64,000 nt of DNA from Thermoanaerobaculia bacterium (lineage in GTDB: Bacteria; Acidobacteriota; Thermoanaerobaculia; Gp7-AA8), in the NCBI GenBank assembly GCA_035999335.1, contig DASYGV010000094.1, positions 21,652 through 85,651 of the forward strand, in the 5' to 3' direction. The notes beneath the pieces are model-generated. The model did no database searches. It had not been told where the DNA came from and worked only from the letters and a program-made list of their open reading frames with translations. The translations under genes and the position numbers were made by a program. Positions 9,635-19,397 of this stretch are shown one piece after another. The first letter of the stretch is position 1. Each line of letters opens with the position of its first letter.

Positions 9635-9655
9635 AGCTGCGCCCTACGTCTTTCG

Positions 9656-12148
9656 ATGCCGGTTAGAATGGCCGCGAGAGAGATGCACAAGGACATCCAC
9701 ACCCCACCCCACTCCGTCCATCTTCGCGAAGGCATCGAGTCCTTCCTCCGCTACGCGAAAGGCCGCGTTTGGGCCGAGGCCACGGAGCGCGAGCGGCTGC
9801 ACGCGCTGGCGGCGGCCGTGCAGCGTCCCGCGCTCGACGCGATGCGCGAGAGCGAGCGCCGCTATCGCGAGCAGGACTCCAAACGCCTCTACTACCTGTC
9901 CATGGAGTTCCTCATGGGCCGCGCCCTCGGGAACAACCTCACGAACCTCGGCATCTACGACGACGCGAAGGCCGTGCTCTCCGACCTCGGCGACGATCTC
10001 GAAGAGCTACAGGCGCTGGAGCCCGACGCCGCGCTCGGCAACGGCGGCCTCGGACGTCTCGCTGCGTGCTTCCTCGACTCCCTCGCCACGCTCGACCTTC
10101 CCGGCTTCGGCTACGGCATCAACTACGAGTTCGGTCTGTTCCGCCAGACCTTCGTCAACGGATACCAGCTCGAGAAGCCCGACCACTGGCTCGACGCCGG
10201 CTCGCCGTGGCTCATCGAGCGTCCCGACGAAGCGGTGATCATCCCCGTCTTCGGCTCCATCACCCCCACCACGGAGGGCGGCACATACGTGCCGAAGTGG
10301 ATCGACTACAAGCTCATCGTCGGCGTGCCGCACGACATGCCGATCGTCGGCTATGGCGGACGCACCGTGAACGTGTTGCGGCTCTTCTCCGCGCGCGCGT
10401 CCGATCAATTCGACATCGGCATCTTCAATACCGGCGATTACATCCGCGCCGTACACGAGAAGATCACCGGCGAGTCGATCTCGAAAGTGCTCTATCCGTC
10501 CGACACCATCGCCGCGGGCAAAGAGCTCCGTCTCATGCAGGAGTACTTCCTCGTCGCGTGTTCGGTGAAGGACATCTTCCGCCGCTACCGCAAACAGCAC
10601 GAGGCGTACAGCGACCTCGCGTTGCACGTGGCCATCCAGATGAACGACACGCATCCCGCGCTGACGGTCGCGGAGCTGATGCGCATCTTCGTCGACGAAG
10701 AGCGGATGCCGTGGGAGGAAGCGTGGGCCATCACCGTCGCGACATGCAGCTACACAAACCACACGCTGCTCCCTGAGGCGTTGGAGAAGTGGTCGTTCGA
10801 GCTGATGCAGCGCATGCTGCCGCGGCACTTGCAGATCATTCAGGAGATCAATCGCCGCGTCGTCGCGGAAGTGGAGCATCGCTTCCCAGGCGAGATCTTC
10901 ATGCAGCACAACGTGGCCATCATCGCCGACGGCGAGGTGCGCATGTCGAACCTGGCGATGGCCGGCAGCCACTCCGTCAACGGCGTCGCCGAGCTGCACT
11001 CGAAGCTCGTGAAGACGTCGCTCGCGCCTGACTTCTACAAACTCCATCCGGAGCGCTTCAACAACAAGACCAACGGCGTGACGCCGCGTCGCTGGTTAAT
11101 GCACGCGAACCGTCCGCTCGCGTCGCTGATCACGAAGACGATCGGCGACGGATGGGTGCTCGATCTCGATCGTCTGCGCGAGCTCGAGCACTACGCCGAG
11201 GATGCTGCGCTGCTCGAGAAGCTCGATAGCGTGAAGCGACGCAACAAGTCAGCGCTCGCGAGGTTGTCGAAGGAGCTGACCGGCGTCACCGTCGATCCGC
11301 TGTCGATGTTCGACGTGCAAGTCAAGCGCATCCACGAGTACAAGCGGCAGCTCCTCAACGCGCTGCACGTGATCCAGCGCTACTGGGCGATCGTCGAGGA
11401 CGGCGAGATTCCGCAACAGGCGCGCACGGTGATCTTCGCGGGCAAGGCGGCGCCGGGCTACTGGATGGCGAAGCTGATCATCAAGCTGATTCACTCGATC
11501 GGCGAGGTCGTGAATGCCGACCCGCGCACGCGCGATCTGCTACGGGTGATCTTCCTGCCGGACTATCGCGTGTCGCTGGCCGAGGCGATCATGCCGGCCG
11601 CGGAGCTCTCGGAGCAGATCTCGACGGCGGGGAAAGAAGCGTCGGGCACGGGCAACATGAAGCTCGCGCTCAACGGCGCGCTGACGATCGGCACGCTCGA
11701 CGGCGCGAACATCGAGATCCGCGACGAAGTGGGGGAGGAGAACATCTTCATCTTCGGACTGAAGTCCGAGGAGGTCGGTGCGCTGCTCGCGAACGGCTAC
11801 GACCCGCAGCGGTACTTGTCCGAGCACCGCTGGATGGCGCGCGCGATCGACTCGATCGCCGCCGGGCACTTCTCTCGCGGCGACAAGGACATCTTCCGCC
11901 CGATCGTCGGCAAACTCCTGTCGACGCGGGACGAATACGTGCACCTTGCCGATCTGCCTGAATACGTCGCGCGTCAGGAGGAAGTCGATCGCGCGTACCG
12001 CGACCGCCATCGATGGAACCGAATGTCGCTGCTGAACATCGCGAGGATGGGCAAGTTCTCCTCGGACCGCACGATCCGTGAATACGCGCGCGACATCTGG
12101 CACATCCGCCCCGCGGTCATCGGCGCGTTCGCGCACCCGCTGGAATAG
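9656..12148 (+). CDS. glgP: Glycogen/alpha-glucan phosphorylase
   Basis: 830 aa. The PLP-lysine motif is EASGTGNMKLALNGALTIGTLDGANIE. Other GT35 phosphorylase blocks are LGNGGLGRLAACFLDS, TNHT and RIHEYKRQ. Confidence 0.95.
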   Translation: MPVRMAAREMHKDIHTPPHSVHLREGIESFLRYAKGRVWAEATERERLHALAAAVQRPALDAMRESERRYREQDSKRLYYLSMEFLMGRALGNNLTNLGIYDDAKAVLSDLGDDLEELQALEPDAALGNGGLGRLAACFLDSLATLDLPGFGYGINYEFGLFRQTFVNGYQLEKPDHWLDAGSPWLIERPDEAVIIPVFGSITPTTEGGTYVPKWIDYKLIVGVPHDMPIVGYGGRTVNVLRLFSARASDQFDIGIFNTGDYIRAVHEKITGESISKVLYPSDTIAAGKELRLMQEYFLVACSVKDIFRRYRKQHEAYSDLALHVAIQMNDTHPALTVAELMRIFVDEERMPWEEAWAITVATCSYTNHTLLPEALEKWSFELMQRMLPRHLQIIQEINRRVVAEVEHRFPGEIFMQHNVAIIADGEVRMSNLAMAGSHSVNGVAELHSKLVKTSLAPDFYKLHPERFNNKTNGVTPRRWLMHANRPLASLITKTIGDGWVLDLDRLRELEHYAEDAALLEKLDSVKRRNKSALARLSKELTGVTVDPLSMFDVQVKRIHEYKRQLLNALHVIQRYWAIVEDGEIPQQARTVIFAGKAAPGYWMAKLIIKLIHSIGEVVNADPRTRDLLRVIFLPDYRVSLAEAIMPAAELSEQISTAGKEASGTGNMKLALNGALTIGTLDGANIEIRDEVGEENIFIFGLKSEEVGALLANGYDPQRYLSEHRWMARAIDSIAAGHFSRGDKDIFRPIVGKLLSTRDEYVHLADLPEYVARQEEVDRAYRDRHRWNRMSLLNIARMGKFSSDRTIREYARDIWHIRPAVIGAFAHPLE

Positions 12149-12215
12149 GACTCATAGGACGTATGGGACCCATAGGACGAGGTCCTATGAGTCTTATAAG
12201 TCCTATTTGTCCTAT
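12144..12215. repeat. ATAGGAC-unit hairpin between the convergent glgP and TetR genes
   Basis: Arm aataggactcataggacgtatgggacccataggac (12144-12178) pairs with gtcctatgagtcttataagtcctatttgtcctat (12182-12215). The glgP TAG stop and the TetR TAG stop (cta at 12212-12214) each lie inside an arm. Confidence 0.85.
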
Positions 12216-12826
12216 GAAAGCCCGTTCACGACGGCCTCGAACGCCGCCAGCACGTTTTGGTCCGTGAACGGGTGCGTCGTTTCTCCGCTGCGCTCGCTCA
12301 TGATCCGGTCGCGGACCATTCCCTCCGCGCTGCCGAGCATCGCCGAACAGAGCACGCGCGCGTCGATGTCCTTGCGGATCGATCCGTCCTCGCGGCCGCG
12401 CTCGATCTGCGCGTTCACCACGGTCATGAACTGCGCGAATCCCTTCGACAGATGCACCTCGGGGATGTTGCCGCGCATGCGCCGTCCCTCGAAGAGGAAC
12501 AGGAACCCGATGTCGTGATCGCGGTTGAAGGCCCGGATCATCAGTGTCAGCAGGCGGAGGATGGCGTCGCGGCCGTGCTTCGCGTCGGCGATGTACTCCT
12601 CGACGATCGAGTTCAGCCCCGTCCACGACTCGTTGAAGATCGCCTCGAGCAGTCCCGCTTTGCCGCCGAAGTAGCGGATCAACTGCGACTCCGAACTCCC
12701 GGCCTCCCGCGCGATTGCCGAGGTGGACGTCTGCTCGTATCCATGTTTCGCGAAAAGCATCTTTCCTGCGTTGAGGAGACGCGTGCGCGAGGTTTGGGTG
12801 TTGTCTGCCGATTCCTGGACGCTCAC
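12212..12826 (-). CDS. TetR/AcrR family transcriptional regulator
   Basis: The N-terminal helix-turn-helix is RTRLLNAGKMLFAKHGYEQTSTSAIAREAGSSESQLIRYFGGKAGLLEAIF. 204 aa. Confidence 0.9.
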   Translation of the reverse strand: MSVQESADNTQTSRTRLLNAGKMLFAKHGYEQTSTSAIAREAGSSESQLIRYFGGKAGLLEAIFNESWTGLNSIVEEYIADAKHGRDAILRLLTLMIRAFNRDHDIGFLFLFEGRRMRGNIPEVHLSKGFAQFMTVVNAQIERGREDGSIRKDIDARVLCSAMLGSAEGMVRDRIMSERSGETTHPFTDQNVLAAFEAVVNGLS

Positions 12827-12948
12827 GGCGTGCAGCCTACTGCCACTCTCCGCCGAGGGTCAAGGTAGTATTACTACCAACGTTGGGCTACACTTTGCGC
12901 CTCTTTTTCCCATAGCATTTCCATCAAACTTTTCCGGGAGGGTTTTTC

Positions 12949-15900
12949 ATGCGCCTGCTCCTCCGCGTCCTGGCCGCACTCTGCCTGTGCGCGCCGCTCC
13001 TTGCCTCGGAATACGACGACTGCGATGCGAACTTCATCGCCGCCATCGGTTCGAGCGCGTACCAGTTCTCGCCCGCGCACGACGGCGAGCTCGGGACGGT
13101 TCGCCTCTTCAGCATCCTCTCGTACCAGCGCGCGGCGCACGAGCGACGCTTCGGCAGTGCGCTGTGGCAACTTCGCATCGATCGCGCCGACGACGGCACG
13201 CGCGTGCTCACGCTCGACGGCCGCTCATTCATCGGCGCCGAGGGGGTGGCGGTCGCGGAGCTGTACTGGGATGGGCGCGATGACGCCGGCCGGCCGGTGC
13301 CTCCGGGCAAATACAGATACACCTTCGTCGCGCGCTACTCACGAAACGCGATGACGTACGACGCCGCGTTCGACGGCGACGAGGCGCTCGCGTCGATGGA
13401 CGAGGTGATCGTCGACTACAACCTGCCCGCGAGGAAGTCGCGCGACCTTCGCTTCAGCACGAACGCAACGAGCTGCCAGATCCAGCAGCACGCGCCGATG
13501 GAATCGGGCTTCGCGTACAACTTCTATTACGGCTCCACGCACGCGCACTCGAACTGGTCGGACGGCGGACAGCCGACGTCGAACTGCAGCTCCGGCAATG
13601 CGTACGGTAGCGGGAACTTCACGCCCGCGGACGTCTTCGGCTACGCGCGCAACACCGCGCAGCTCGACTTCTGGGTCGTCAACGAGCACAACCACCTCAT
13701 CCAGGACGCGATCGCGACGAACAACCCTCCCGTCACCGAGGCGAAGGTGCGGCAGCGGTATCAGGACGGATTGAGCGCGGCGAACGCCGCCACCGTGAGC
13801 GGATCGTTCGTCGCGCTGTACGGAATGGAGTGGGGCGTTTCGTCCAACGACGATCAGGGCCACGTGACGCTGATCGAGACGCCGCAGCTCTTCGGCTGGG
13901 AAACGTGCACGGGCTGCAACGGCCCGTCCATCGAGTGCACGCCCGGCACGAGCTGCTACTTCGACGTCTTCACGCCGAAGCGCTTCGGATACCTTGCGAT
14001 GTACGCCGCCTCTGTGGCAAATCCCTCCAGCGCCGGCGCGCTGGGCATCTTCAATCACCCGGGATCCGGCAACTTCGACTCGTTTGCATTCAACGCAAAC
14101 GCGGACAACGCCATGCAGGGCATCGCCGTGCGCAGCGGTCTCGCGTTTGCCACCGCCGCGGATTGCGCGACGGCGAACGTCGGCGCGACCGACTACTCGC
14201 AGCGCTGGAAGGAAGCGCTCAACCTCGGCTTCCATCTCGCACCCGCGGCCGATCACGACTCGCACTGCAACAACTACGGCATGGCCCTGCCGACGCGCAC
14301 GGTCTACCTCGCGCCGACGTTGACGAAAGCGAACCTGCTGGCCGCGCATCGCGCGCGGCGCTTCTATGCGACCGAAGATCCGAACGCGCAGCTCGTGTTC
14401 CGAACCAGCGACAACGTGCACGTGATGGGCGAGGTCTTCAACGCCGCGGGTGGCGCGACGCTCGTTGCGAACCTCTATGATCCCGACGGCGAATCGATCT
14501 CGACGCTCGAGATCTGGCGCGGTCAGATCGGCGGCGGCGTCCCCGCATCGCCGTACGCGACGTATTCGAATCAATCCACGGCGACGATCATTGAGTCGCT
14601 CACATCCGGCACGTATTACTACTACGTCCACGCGGTACAGGCCGACGGTCACGATCTCTGGTCCGCGCCGATGTGGATCACCTACCAGAGCGGCGGCGAC
14701 ACGACGGCGCCAACGACGTCGATCACCGCGCCCGCAAATGGCGCGATCGTGAGCGGCACGACGAACGTCACAGCTACGGCCAGCGACAACGTCGGCGTCA
14801 CGCGCGTCGAGTTCTTCCTCGACGGCGCGCTGCAGTCGTCCGACACGACCTCGCCCTACGCGTGGAGTTGGAACACCACCGGCACGTCGAACGGCGCGCA
14901 TGCGCTGACGACGAAGGCGTACGACGCTGCAAACAACATCGGCACGTCGTCCGCGGTGAACGTGACGGTGAGCAACGGCGGCGGCGGCTCGTCCGCGGAC
15001 GTCGCGGGCTGGAAGATCACGCAGGCCAACTCGACGGCCGAGTACACGCTCCCCGCGGGCACCACCATCCCCGCCGACGGCTATCTCGTCGTCGCCCGCC
15101 AGGCCGACAAACCCGCGTTCCAGACCTTCTGGGGCGTGACCCTCGGCGCAAACGTGACGTTCCTCAACTCCGCCGGCGCGATGCCGGTGATCAACGGCAG
15201 CGAAAACTACTCGCTCCGCAATGCGCTGAACGTGCTCGTCGACGGCCCGAGCGCGTCGCAGCCCGCGGCTGCCGCGCGCAGCGTGCAGCGCGTCGACCCG
15301 TGCGGCGCGACTTGGAACACGGTCGTCGAGTCGTCCGCGAACGCGGGCAGCGGCGCGGGTACGGGTTGCGGCGGCGGCGTGAAGATCAACGAGCACTCCG
15401 ACGCCAGCGGCACCGGCAACTTCATCTACGAGTTCATCGAGCTGCACAACGACTCGGCGGGTGGCGGCGATACGACCGCGCCGACGGCGTCGATCACCGC
15501 GCCCGCGAACGGTGCGGTCGTGAGCGCGACCGTGAGCGTCACCGCGAGTGCGAGCGACAACGTCGGCGTGACGAAGGTCGAGTTCCTGCTCGACGGCGTG
15601 CTGCAGTCGACGGACACGACGTCGCCGTACGCATGGAGCTGGAACACAACCACGGCGACGAACGGATCGCACTCTCTGGTCGCGAAGGCGTACGACGCCG
15701 CGAACAACATCGGCACGTCGAGCACGGTGAACGTCACGGTGAGCAACGGCACGCCGATCAACATCGGCAACTACCGCATCGTGCAAGCCAACTCCGCACT
15801 CACGTACATCATCCCCGCCGGCACGACGATCCCGTCGAAGGGCTACGTGATCGTCGGACGCAACGCGACGAAGGCGCAGTTCGAATCCTTCTGGGGCGTG

Positions 15901-16236
15901 ACCCTCGGCGCAAACGTGATCTATCTCAACGGCGCCGACACGATGCCGCAGATCAATGGCAGCGAGACCTACGACCTCCGCGACGCGAGCAACGTTCGCG
16001 TCGACGGACTGACCGTGGCGATGTCCAGCGCCGGCGGCGAGTCGCTCAAGCGCCTCAACGGCTGCGGCAGTCCGAGCAGCGCCTCGAGTTGGAGCCGCAC
16101 CGCGTCCTCGACCGGCAACCCCGGCGCCGGCGGCCCCGCGCCATGCAACAAGGGCGTCTTCATCAACGAGTTCTCCGACGCCCTCGGCACCGGCAACTTC
16201 ATCTACGAATTCGTCGAGCTCTACAACGACAAGTAA
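12949..16236 (+). CDS. Large secreted protein: PHP-type metallohydrolase domain followed by two Ig-like plus lamin-tail-domain modules
   Basis: Signal peptide is MRLLLRVLAALCLCAPLLA. PHP-like His clusters are GSTHAHSNWSDGG, VVNEHNHL, FNHPG and ADHDSHC. Ig-like modules carry SDNVGVTRVEFFLDG...SPYAWSWNT. Lamin-tail signatures are INEHSDASGTGNFIYEFIELHN and INEFSDALGTGNFIYEFVELYN. Confidence 0.75.
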   Translation: MRLLLRVLAALCLCAPLLASEYDDCDANFIAAIGSSAYQFSPAHDGELGTVRLFSILSYQRAAHERRFGSALWQLRIDRADDGTRVLTLDGRSFIGAEGVAVAELYWDGRDDAGRPVPPGKYRYTFVARYSRNAMTYDAAFDGDEALASMDEVIVDYNLPARKSRDLRFSTNATSCQIQQHAPMESGFAYNFYYGSTHAHSNWSDGGQPTSNCSSGNAYGSGNFTPADVFGYARNTAQLDFWVVNEHNHLIQDAIATNNPPVTEAKVRQRYQDGLSAANAATVSGSFVALYGMEWGVSSNDDQGHVTLIETPQLFGWETCTGCNGPSIECTPGTSCYFDVFTPKRFGYLAMYAASVANPSSAGALGIFNHPGSGNFDSFAFNANADNAMQGIAVRSGLAFATAADCATANVGATDYSQRWKEALNLGFHLAPAADHDSHCNNYGMALPTRTVYLAPTLTKANLLAAHRARRFYATEDPNAQLVFRTSDNVHVMGEVFNAAGGATLVANLYDPDGESISTLEIWRGQIGGGVPASPYATYSNQSTATIIESLTSGTYYYYVHAVQADGHDLWSAPMWITYQSGGDTTAPTTSITAPANGAIVSGTTNVTATASDNVGVTRVEFFLDGALQSSDTTSPYAWSWNTTGTSNGAHALTTKAYDAANNIGTSSAVNVTVSNGGGGSSADVAGWKITQANSTAEYTLPAGTTIPADGYLVVARQADKPAFQTFWGVTLGANVTFLNSAGAMPVINGSENYSLRNALNVLVDGPSASQPAAAARSVQRVDPCGATWNTVVESSANAGSGAGTGCGGGVKINEHSDASGTGNFIYEFIELHNDSAGGGDTTAPTASITAPANGAVVSATVSVTASASDNVGVTKVEFLLDGVLQSTDTTSPYAWSWNTTTATNGSHSLVAKAYDAANNIGTSSTVNVTVSNGTPINIGNYRIVQANSALTYIIPAGTTIPSKGYVIVGRNATKAQFESFWGVTLGANVIYLNGADTMPQINGSETYDLRDASNVRVDGLTVAMSSAGGESLKRLNGCGSPSSASSWSRTASSTGNPGAGGPAPCNKGVFINEFSDALGTGNFIYEFVELYNDK
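14692..16233 (+). repeat. Tandem intragenic duplication (two modules of about 770 bp: 14692-15455 and 15462-16233)
   Basis: The protein blocks GGDTTAPTTSITAPANGAIVSG...FIYEFIELHND and GGDTTAPTASITAPANGAVVSA...FIYEFVELYNDK align end to end. Confidence 0.8.
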
Positions 16237-16250
16237 GCCCCGATCGAGTT

Positions 16251-16279
16251 CCCTCTCCCCCGCTCGGCGGGGGAGAGGG
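16251..16279 (+). terminator. Stem-loop after the 12949-16236 gene
   Basis: ccctctcccccg ctcg gcgggggagaggg begins 15 nt after the stop. Confidence 0.6.
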
Positions 16280-16373
16280 TTAGGGTGAGGGGCGCCGTTC
16301 GCGACACATCCGTTCACAACACGTTCTCCAACACGGCGTTGTCTCCCCGCCGATCGCGCCCCATCATCCATCC

Positions 16374-16919
16374 ATGCTCCCACGCCGCGACTTCCTCACC
16401 ACCGTCGCCGCCGCCGTTGCGGGCGCCGCACTCGCGCCGGCCACGCTCGCCGAATGCCGCGCCACCTCCGCGGCGACGCAAGGCCCGTTCCGGCGCGCGA
16501 ATGCGCCGTTCATCAACGACCTCCGTCGCGAAGGCGGCTCCCCGATCGTCGTCGCCGGCACGGTCCGCGACGCGCGCACCTGCAAGCCGGTCGCGGGCGC
16601 GCTCCTCGACGTCTGGCAGGCCGACCATCACGGCAAATACGACGTCGATTACCGCGGCGACGAGATCTTCGGCCGCGCACGCATCCGCGCCGGCAAGGAC
16701 GGCGCGTTCTCCTTCACCACGATCCGTCCCGCGCCCTACGGCCAGCGCCCCGCGCACATCCACTTCATCGTCTCCGCCGAAAGCCGTCGATCGCTCGTCA
16801 CGCAGCTCTACTTCGAAGGCGATCCCTACCTCGACAAAGACCCGCAGCAATCCGTCTTTCCCGATCTCATCACGCGCGTCCGTAACGGACGCTGTGCATT
16901 CGACGTCTACCTGACATAA
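16374..16919 (+). CDS. Intradiol ring-cleavage dioxygenase family protein with a Tat signal
   Basis: Twin-arginine leader is MLPRRDFLTTVAAAVAGAALA. Dioxygenase core motifs are GTVRDARTCKPVAGALLDVWQADHHGKYD and RPAHIHF. Confidence 0.8.
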   Translation: MLPRRDFLTTVAAAVAGAALAPATLAECRATSAATQGPFRRANAPFINDLRREGGSPIVVAGTVRDARTCKPVAGALLDVWQADHHGKYDVDYRGDEIFGRARIRAGKDGAFSFTTIRPAPYGQRPAHIHFIVSAESRRSLVTQLYFEGDPYLDKDPQQSVFPDLITRVRNGRCAFDVYLT

Positions 16920-16935
16920 CGTCAGGAGGCATCGA

Positions 16936-18027
16936 ATGCTCGAAGTGATCCTCGCCGTCGCGATCGACGTGTGGCCCGGCTTCGACCCGCAGAAGATCCC
17001 GATCGCCATCTACGACGGGAAGCGGACGACTCTTCATCACCATCCATCGCCGCCGCCGGAGCTCACCAGTGGCGTGTTCGAAGGCCGCCACCCGTCCGTC
17101 ACCGGCAACAGCAGCGTCACCCTCGGCGGCGTCGAGACCGCGACGGTCCTTGCACAGAACCCGACCCCCGGCCTCATCGCGCACGAGCAATTCCACGTGT
17201 ATCAGCGGACGAAGCATCCGAAGTGGATTGCCAACGAGGTCGAGCTCTTCACCTATCCGATCGACGATGCCGAGGCGCTGGCGTTGCTGCGGCGCGAGAC
17301 GGATGCGCTGCGTGCAGCTTTGGATGGCAACAAGTCCGCGGCGCAGCTCGCGCTGGAGCTGCGAAGGCAACGATTCGCGAAGATCGGCGCGAACGCCGCT
17401 GCGTACGAACGCGGTTCGGAGCTCAACGAAGGACTCGCGACGTACGTGCAACATCGCATCGACGGCGGGCCGGTCGTGCTCAACGATACGCCGGCCGAGG
17501 CCGTTCGGGATCGTGTTTATCAGTCCGGACTCGCGCTGGCGTTGCTGCTCGACCGTTACGATCCGAAATGGCGCGAGACGCTCGAGAACGGCGACCCGCG
17601 CTCGCTCGATGAGCTCCTCGCCGCGGCGATCCTTCCGAACGTCGACGTCGCCGCGGAGGTCCGCGAAGTCGGCGTGCGGCGCGAACAGCGTAAGCGCGAG
17701 TTTCTCGATCAACCGGGATGGACGGTCGTCATCACCGCGGGCGATCAGCCGTTCTTCCCTTCGCGCTTCGACCCGTTGAACGTGCACGTCGTCGGCAAAG
17801 GCGAAGTCCTCCACACGCGTTTCCTCCAACTGAACGGCATCGAGATCCTCGGACGTTCCGCACTCACCGAAGCCGCGGGCGAGCATCCGCTGTTCAGCGG
17901 CGTGCGCCGCGTCACCCTCACTGGCTTCAAGACGAAACCGGAAGTGAAAGACGATCGCCTCGTCGCGGACGGCGTGACCGCGGACCTACGTGGCGCGACA
18001 GTCGAGATCTATACTCGGGACGAGTGA
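16936..18027 (+). CDS. Putative gluzincin metallopeptidase (HExxH plus NEGxAxY)
   Basis: HEQFHVYQ is followed downstream by LNEGLATYVQ. There is no other recognisable family signature. Confidence 0.5.
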   Translation: MLEVILAVAIDVWPGFDPQKIPIAIYDGKRTTLHHHPSPPPELTSGVFEGRHPSVTGNSSVTLGGVETATVLAQNPTPGLIAHEQFHVYQRTKHPKWIANEVELFTYPIDDAEALALLRRETDALRAALDGNKSAAQLALELRRQRFAKIGANAAAYERGSELNEGLATYVQHRIDGGPVVLNDTPAEAVRDRVYQSGLALALLLDRYDPKWRETLENGDPRSLDELLAAAILPNVDVAAEVREVGVRREQRKREFLDQPGWTVVITAGDQPFFPSRFDPLNVHVVGKGEVLHTRFLQLNGIEILGRSALTEAAGEHPLFSGVRRVTLTGFKTKPEVKDDRLVADGVTADLRGATVEIYTRDE

Positions 18028-18797
18028 CCGACCTCCACACCACCACCGCTCCCGTGCTCGACGCCCACGGCACGGTCGTCCTCGTGCACGGCATCGGCGA
18101 GCACTCCGGCCGCTACGCGCACGTGATCGACGCGCTCAACCGCGCGCGGTGGTCCGTCGTCGCGTACGACCAGCGCGGCCACGGCCGATCTCCAGGTCCG
18201 CGCGGCGTGTTGCCGCGGGAAGACACGCTGCTCGAAGATCTCGCGCAGATCCTCGACGAGACGAAGGCGAAGCCCCTCGTCCTCCTCGGACACAGCATGG
18301 GCGGCCTCGTCGCCGCGCGCTTCGTCGCCGACGAGCGCCGCCCGGTCGATGCGCTCGTGCTCTCGTCGCCCGCGTTGAAGCTCAGGCTGAAGCTTGCGGA
18401 TCGCATCAAGCTGGCGCTCGGCACGGCCCTCGCGCCGGACGCCGCGCTCAGCAACGGCTTCAATGCGTCGAAGCTCTCCCACGATCCGGAAGTCGTGCGC
18501 GCGTACCGGAACGATCCCCTCGTTCACGACAAAGTCGGTCCACGACTCGCGAACTTCATCATCGACTCCGGCCGCATCGTCCGCAGGCGCGCCTCGCAAT
18601 GGCGCGTGCCGACCTTGTTGATGTGGGCCGGCCACGACCGCGTCGTTGACGCGGACGGCAGCCGCGAGTTCGCCGCTGCCGCGCCGCGCGACGTCGTCAC
18701 CACGCGCGAGTTCCCCAAGCTGTATCACGAGATCCTCAACGAGGGGGATGCGAGCGTTTTCGAGACGATGTTGAATTGGTTGCCGGTCGTACAATGA
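18024..18797 (+). CDS. Alpha/beta hydrolase (lysophospholipase / monoacylglycerol lipase-like)
   Basis: VVLVHGIGEHSGRYAHVIDAL, the nucleophile elbow GHSMGG, and a C-terminal YHEILNE. Start is taken as the GTG at 18024, overlapping the upstream TGA (GTGA). The track ORF from 17718 carries an Arg-rich spurious extension. Confidence 0.8.
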   Translation: MTDLHTTTAPVLDAHGTVVLVHGIGEHSGRYAHVIDALNRARWSVVAYDQRGHGRSPGPRGVLPREDTLLEDLAQILDETKAKPLVLLGHSMGGLVAARFVADERRPVDALVLSSPALKLRLKLADRIKLALGTALAPDAALSNGFNASKLSHDPEVVRAYRNDPLVHDKVGPRLANFIIDSGRIVRRRASQWRVPTLLMWAGHDRVVDADGSREFAAAAPRDVVTTREFPKLYHEILNEGDASVFETMLNWLPVVQ

Positions 18798-18813
18798 CCT
18801 CTGGTCCAAGATC

Positions 18814-19371
18814 GTGTTCCGCCGGCTCGTCCTCGCCGTGATTCTTCTTACGCCCGTCGCCGAAGCGCGCGAGCGCGCGGTCCTGATCTATCCGCGAGAG
18901 CGCGTGTGGTTCCGGCGGCTCTTCTACACCTCGCACCAGCGCGAGCTGCGCGCGCGCATCGCGGAAAAGTACGACACGACCATTCACGAACAGGTCGCGA
19001 ATGAAGACGCGTTGTTCGAAACCGACGTCGAAGGCGCGACCCTTCTCGTCCTTTCCGCGCACGGCGATCCCTTCTCGATGTACTTCGCGGATCGCAAAGA
19101 CCGCACGCTCGACTCGACCGATCGCGCGAGGCTCGAGCAATTCTTCGGCCGGCTCGATCCCTTTGCCACGATCGTCCTGCAGAGTTGCCACACCGGGCGC
19201 GGTTTCGCGCATCTCGTCAAAGAAGTCGCCGGTCCGCACCGACGCGTTATCGCCGCGCGCGGCGTGATTCCGAGGGACGGGTTGCGCGTCACCTCGGTGG
19301 CGCCTTTCGACGTCACGATCGACTGTGACGATGGCGAGCGTCGGTGGGATTGCACCGTGCGGTTGCGCTGA
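18814..19371 (+). CDS. Small secreted protein with a caspase/CHAT-like His-Cys dyad
   Basis: Signal-like N-terminus is MFRRLVLAVILLTPVAEA. LLVLSAHGDP and IVLQSCHTGRG resemble the clan CD peptidase dyad (SHG ... QxCxG). Confidence 0.4.
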   Translation: MFRRLVLAVILLTPVAEARERAVLIYPRERVWFRRLFYTSHQRELRARIAEKYDTTIHEQVANEDALFETDVEGATLLVLSAHGDPFSMYFADRKDRTLDSTDRARLEQFFGRLDPFATIVLQSCHTGRGFAHLVKEVAGPHRRVIAARGVIPRDGLRVTSVAPFDVTIDCDDGERRWDCTVRLR

Positions 19372-19397
19372 GCGGGTTTGAGATATCTTCGCGCCCG

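Noticed and set aside
4213-12215. Interpreting the short tandem-unit repeats as CRISPR arrays
   Set aside because: The units are 7-10 nt, contiguous and without spacers, and arranged as inverted arms of a hairpin. There are no cas genes in the window.
13339-16383. 1014-aa minus-strand ORF opposite the PHP/Ig/LTD gene
   Set aside because: It is Arg/Ala/Val-rich shadow. The plus-strand frame has a signal peptide and recognisable repeated domains.
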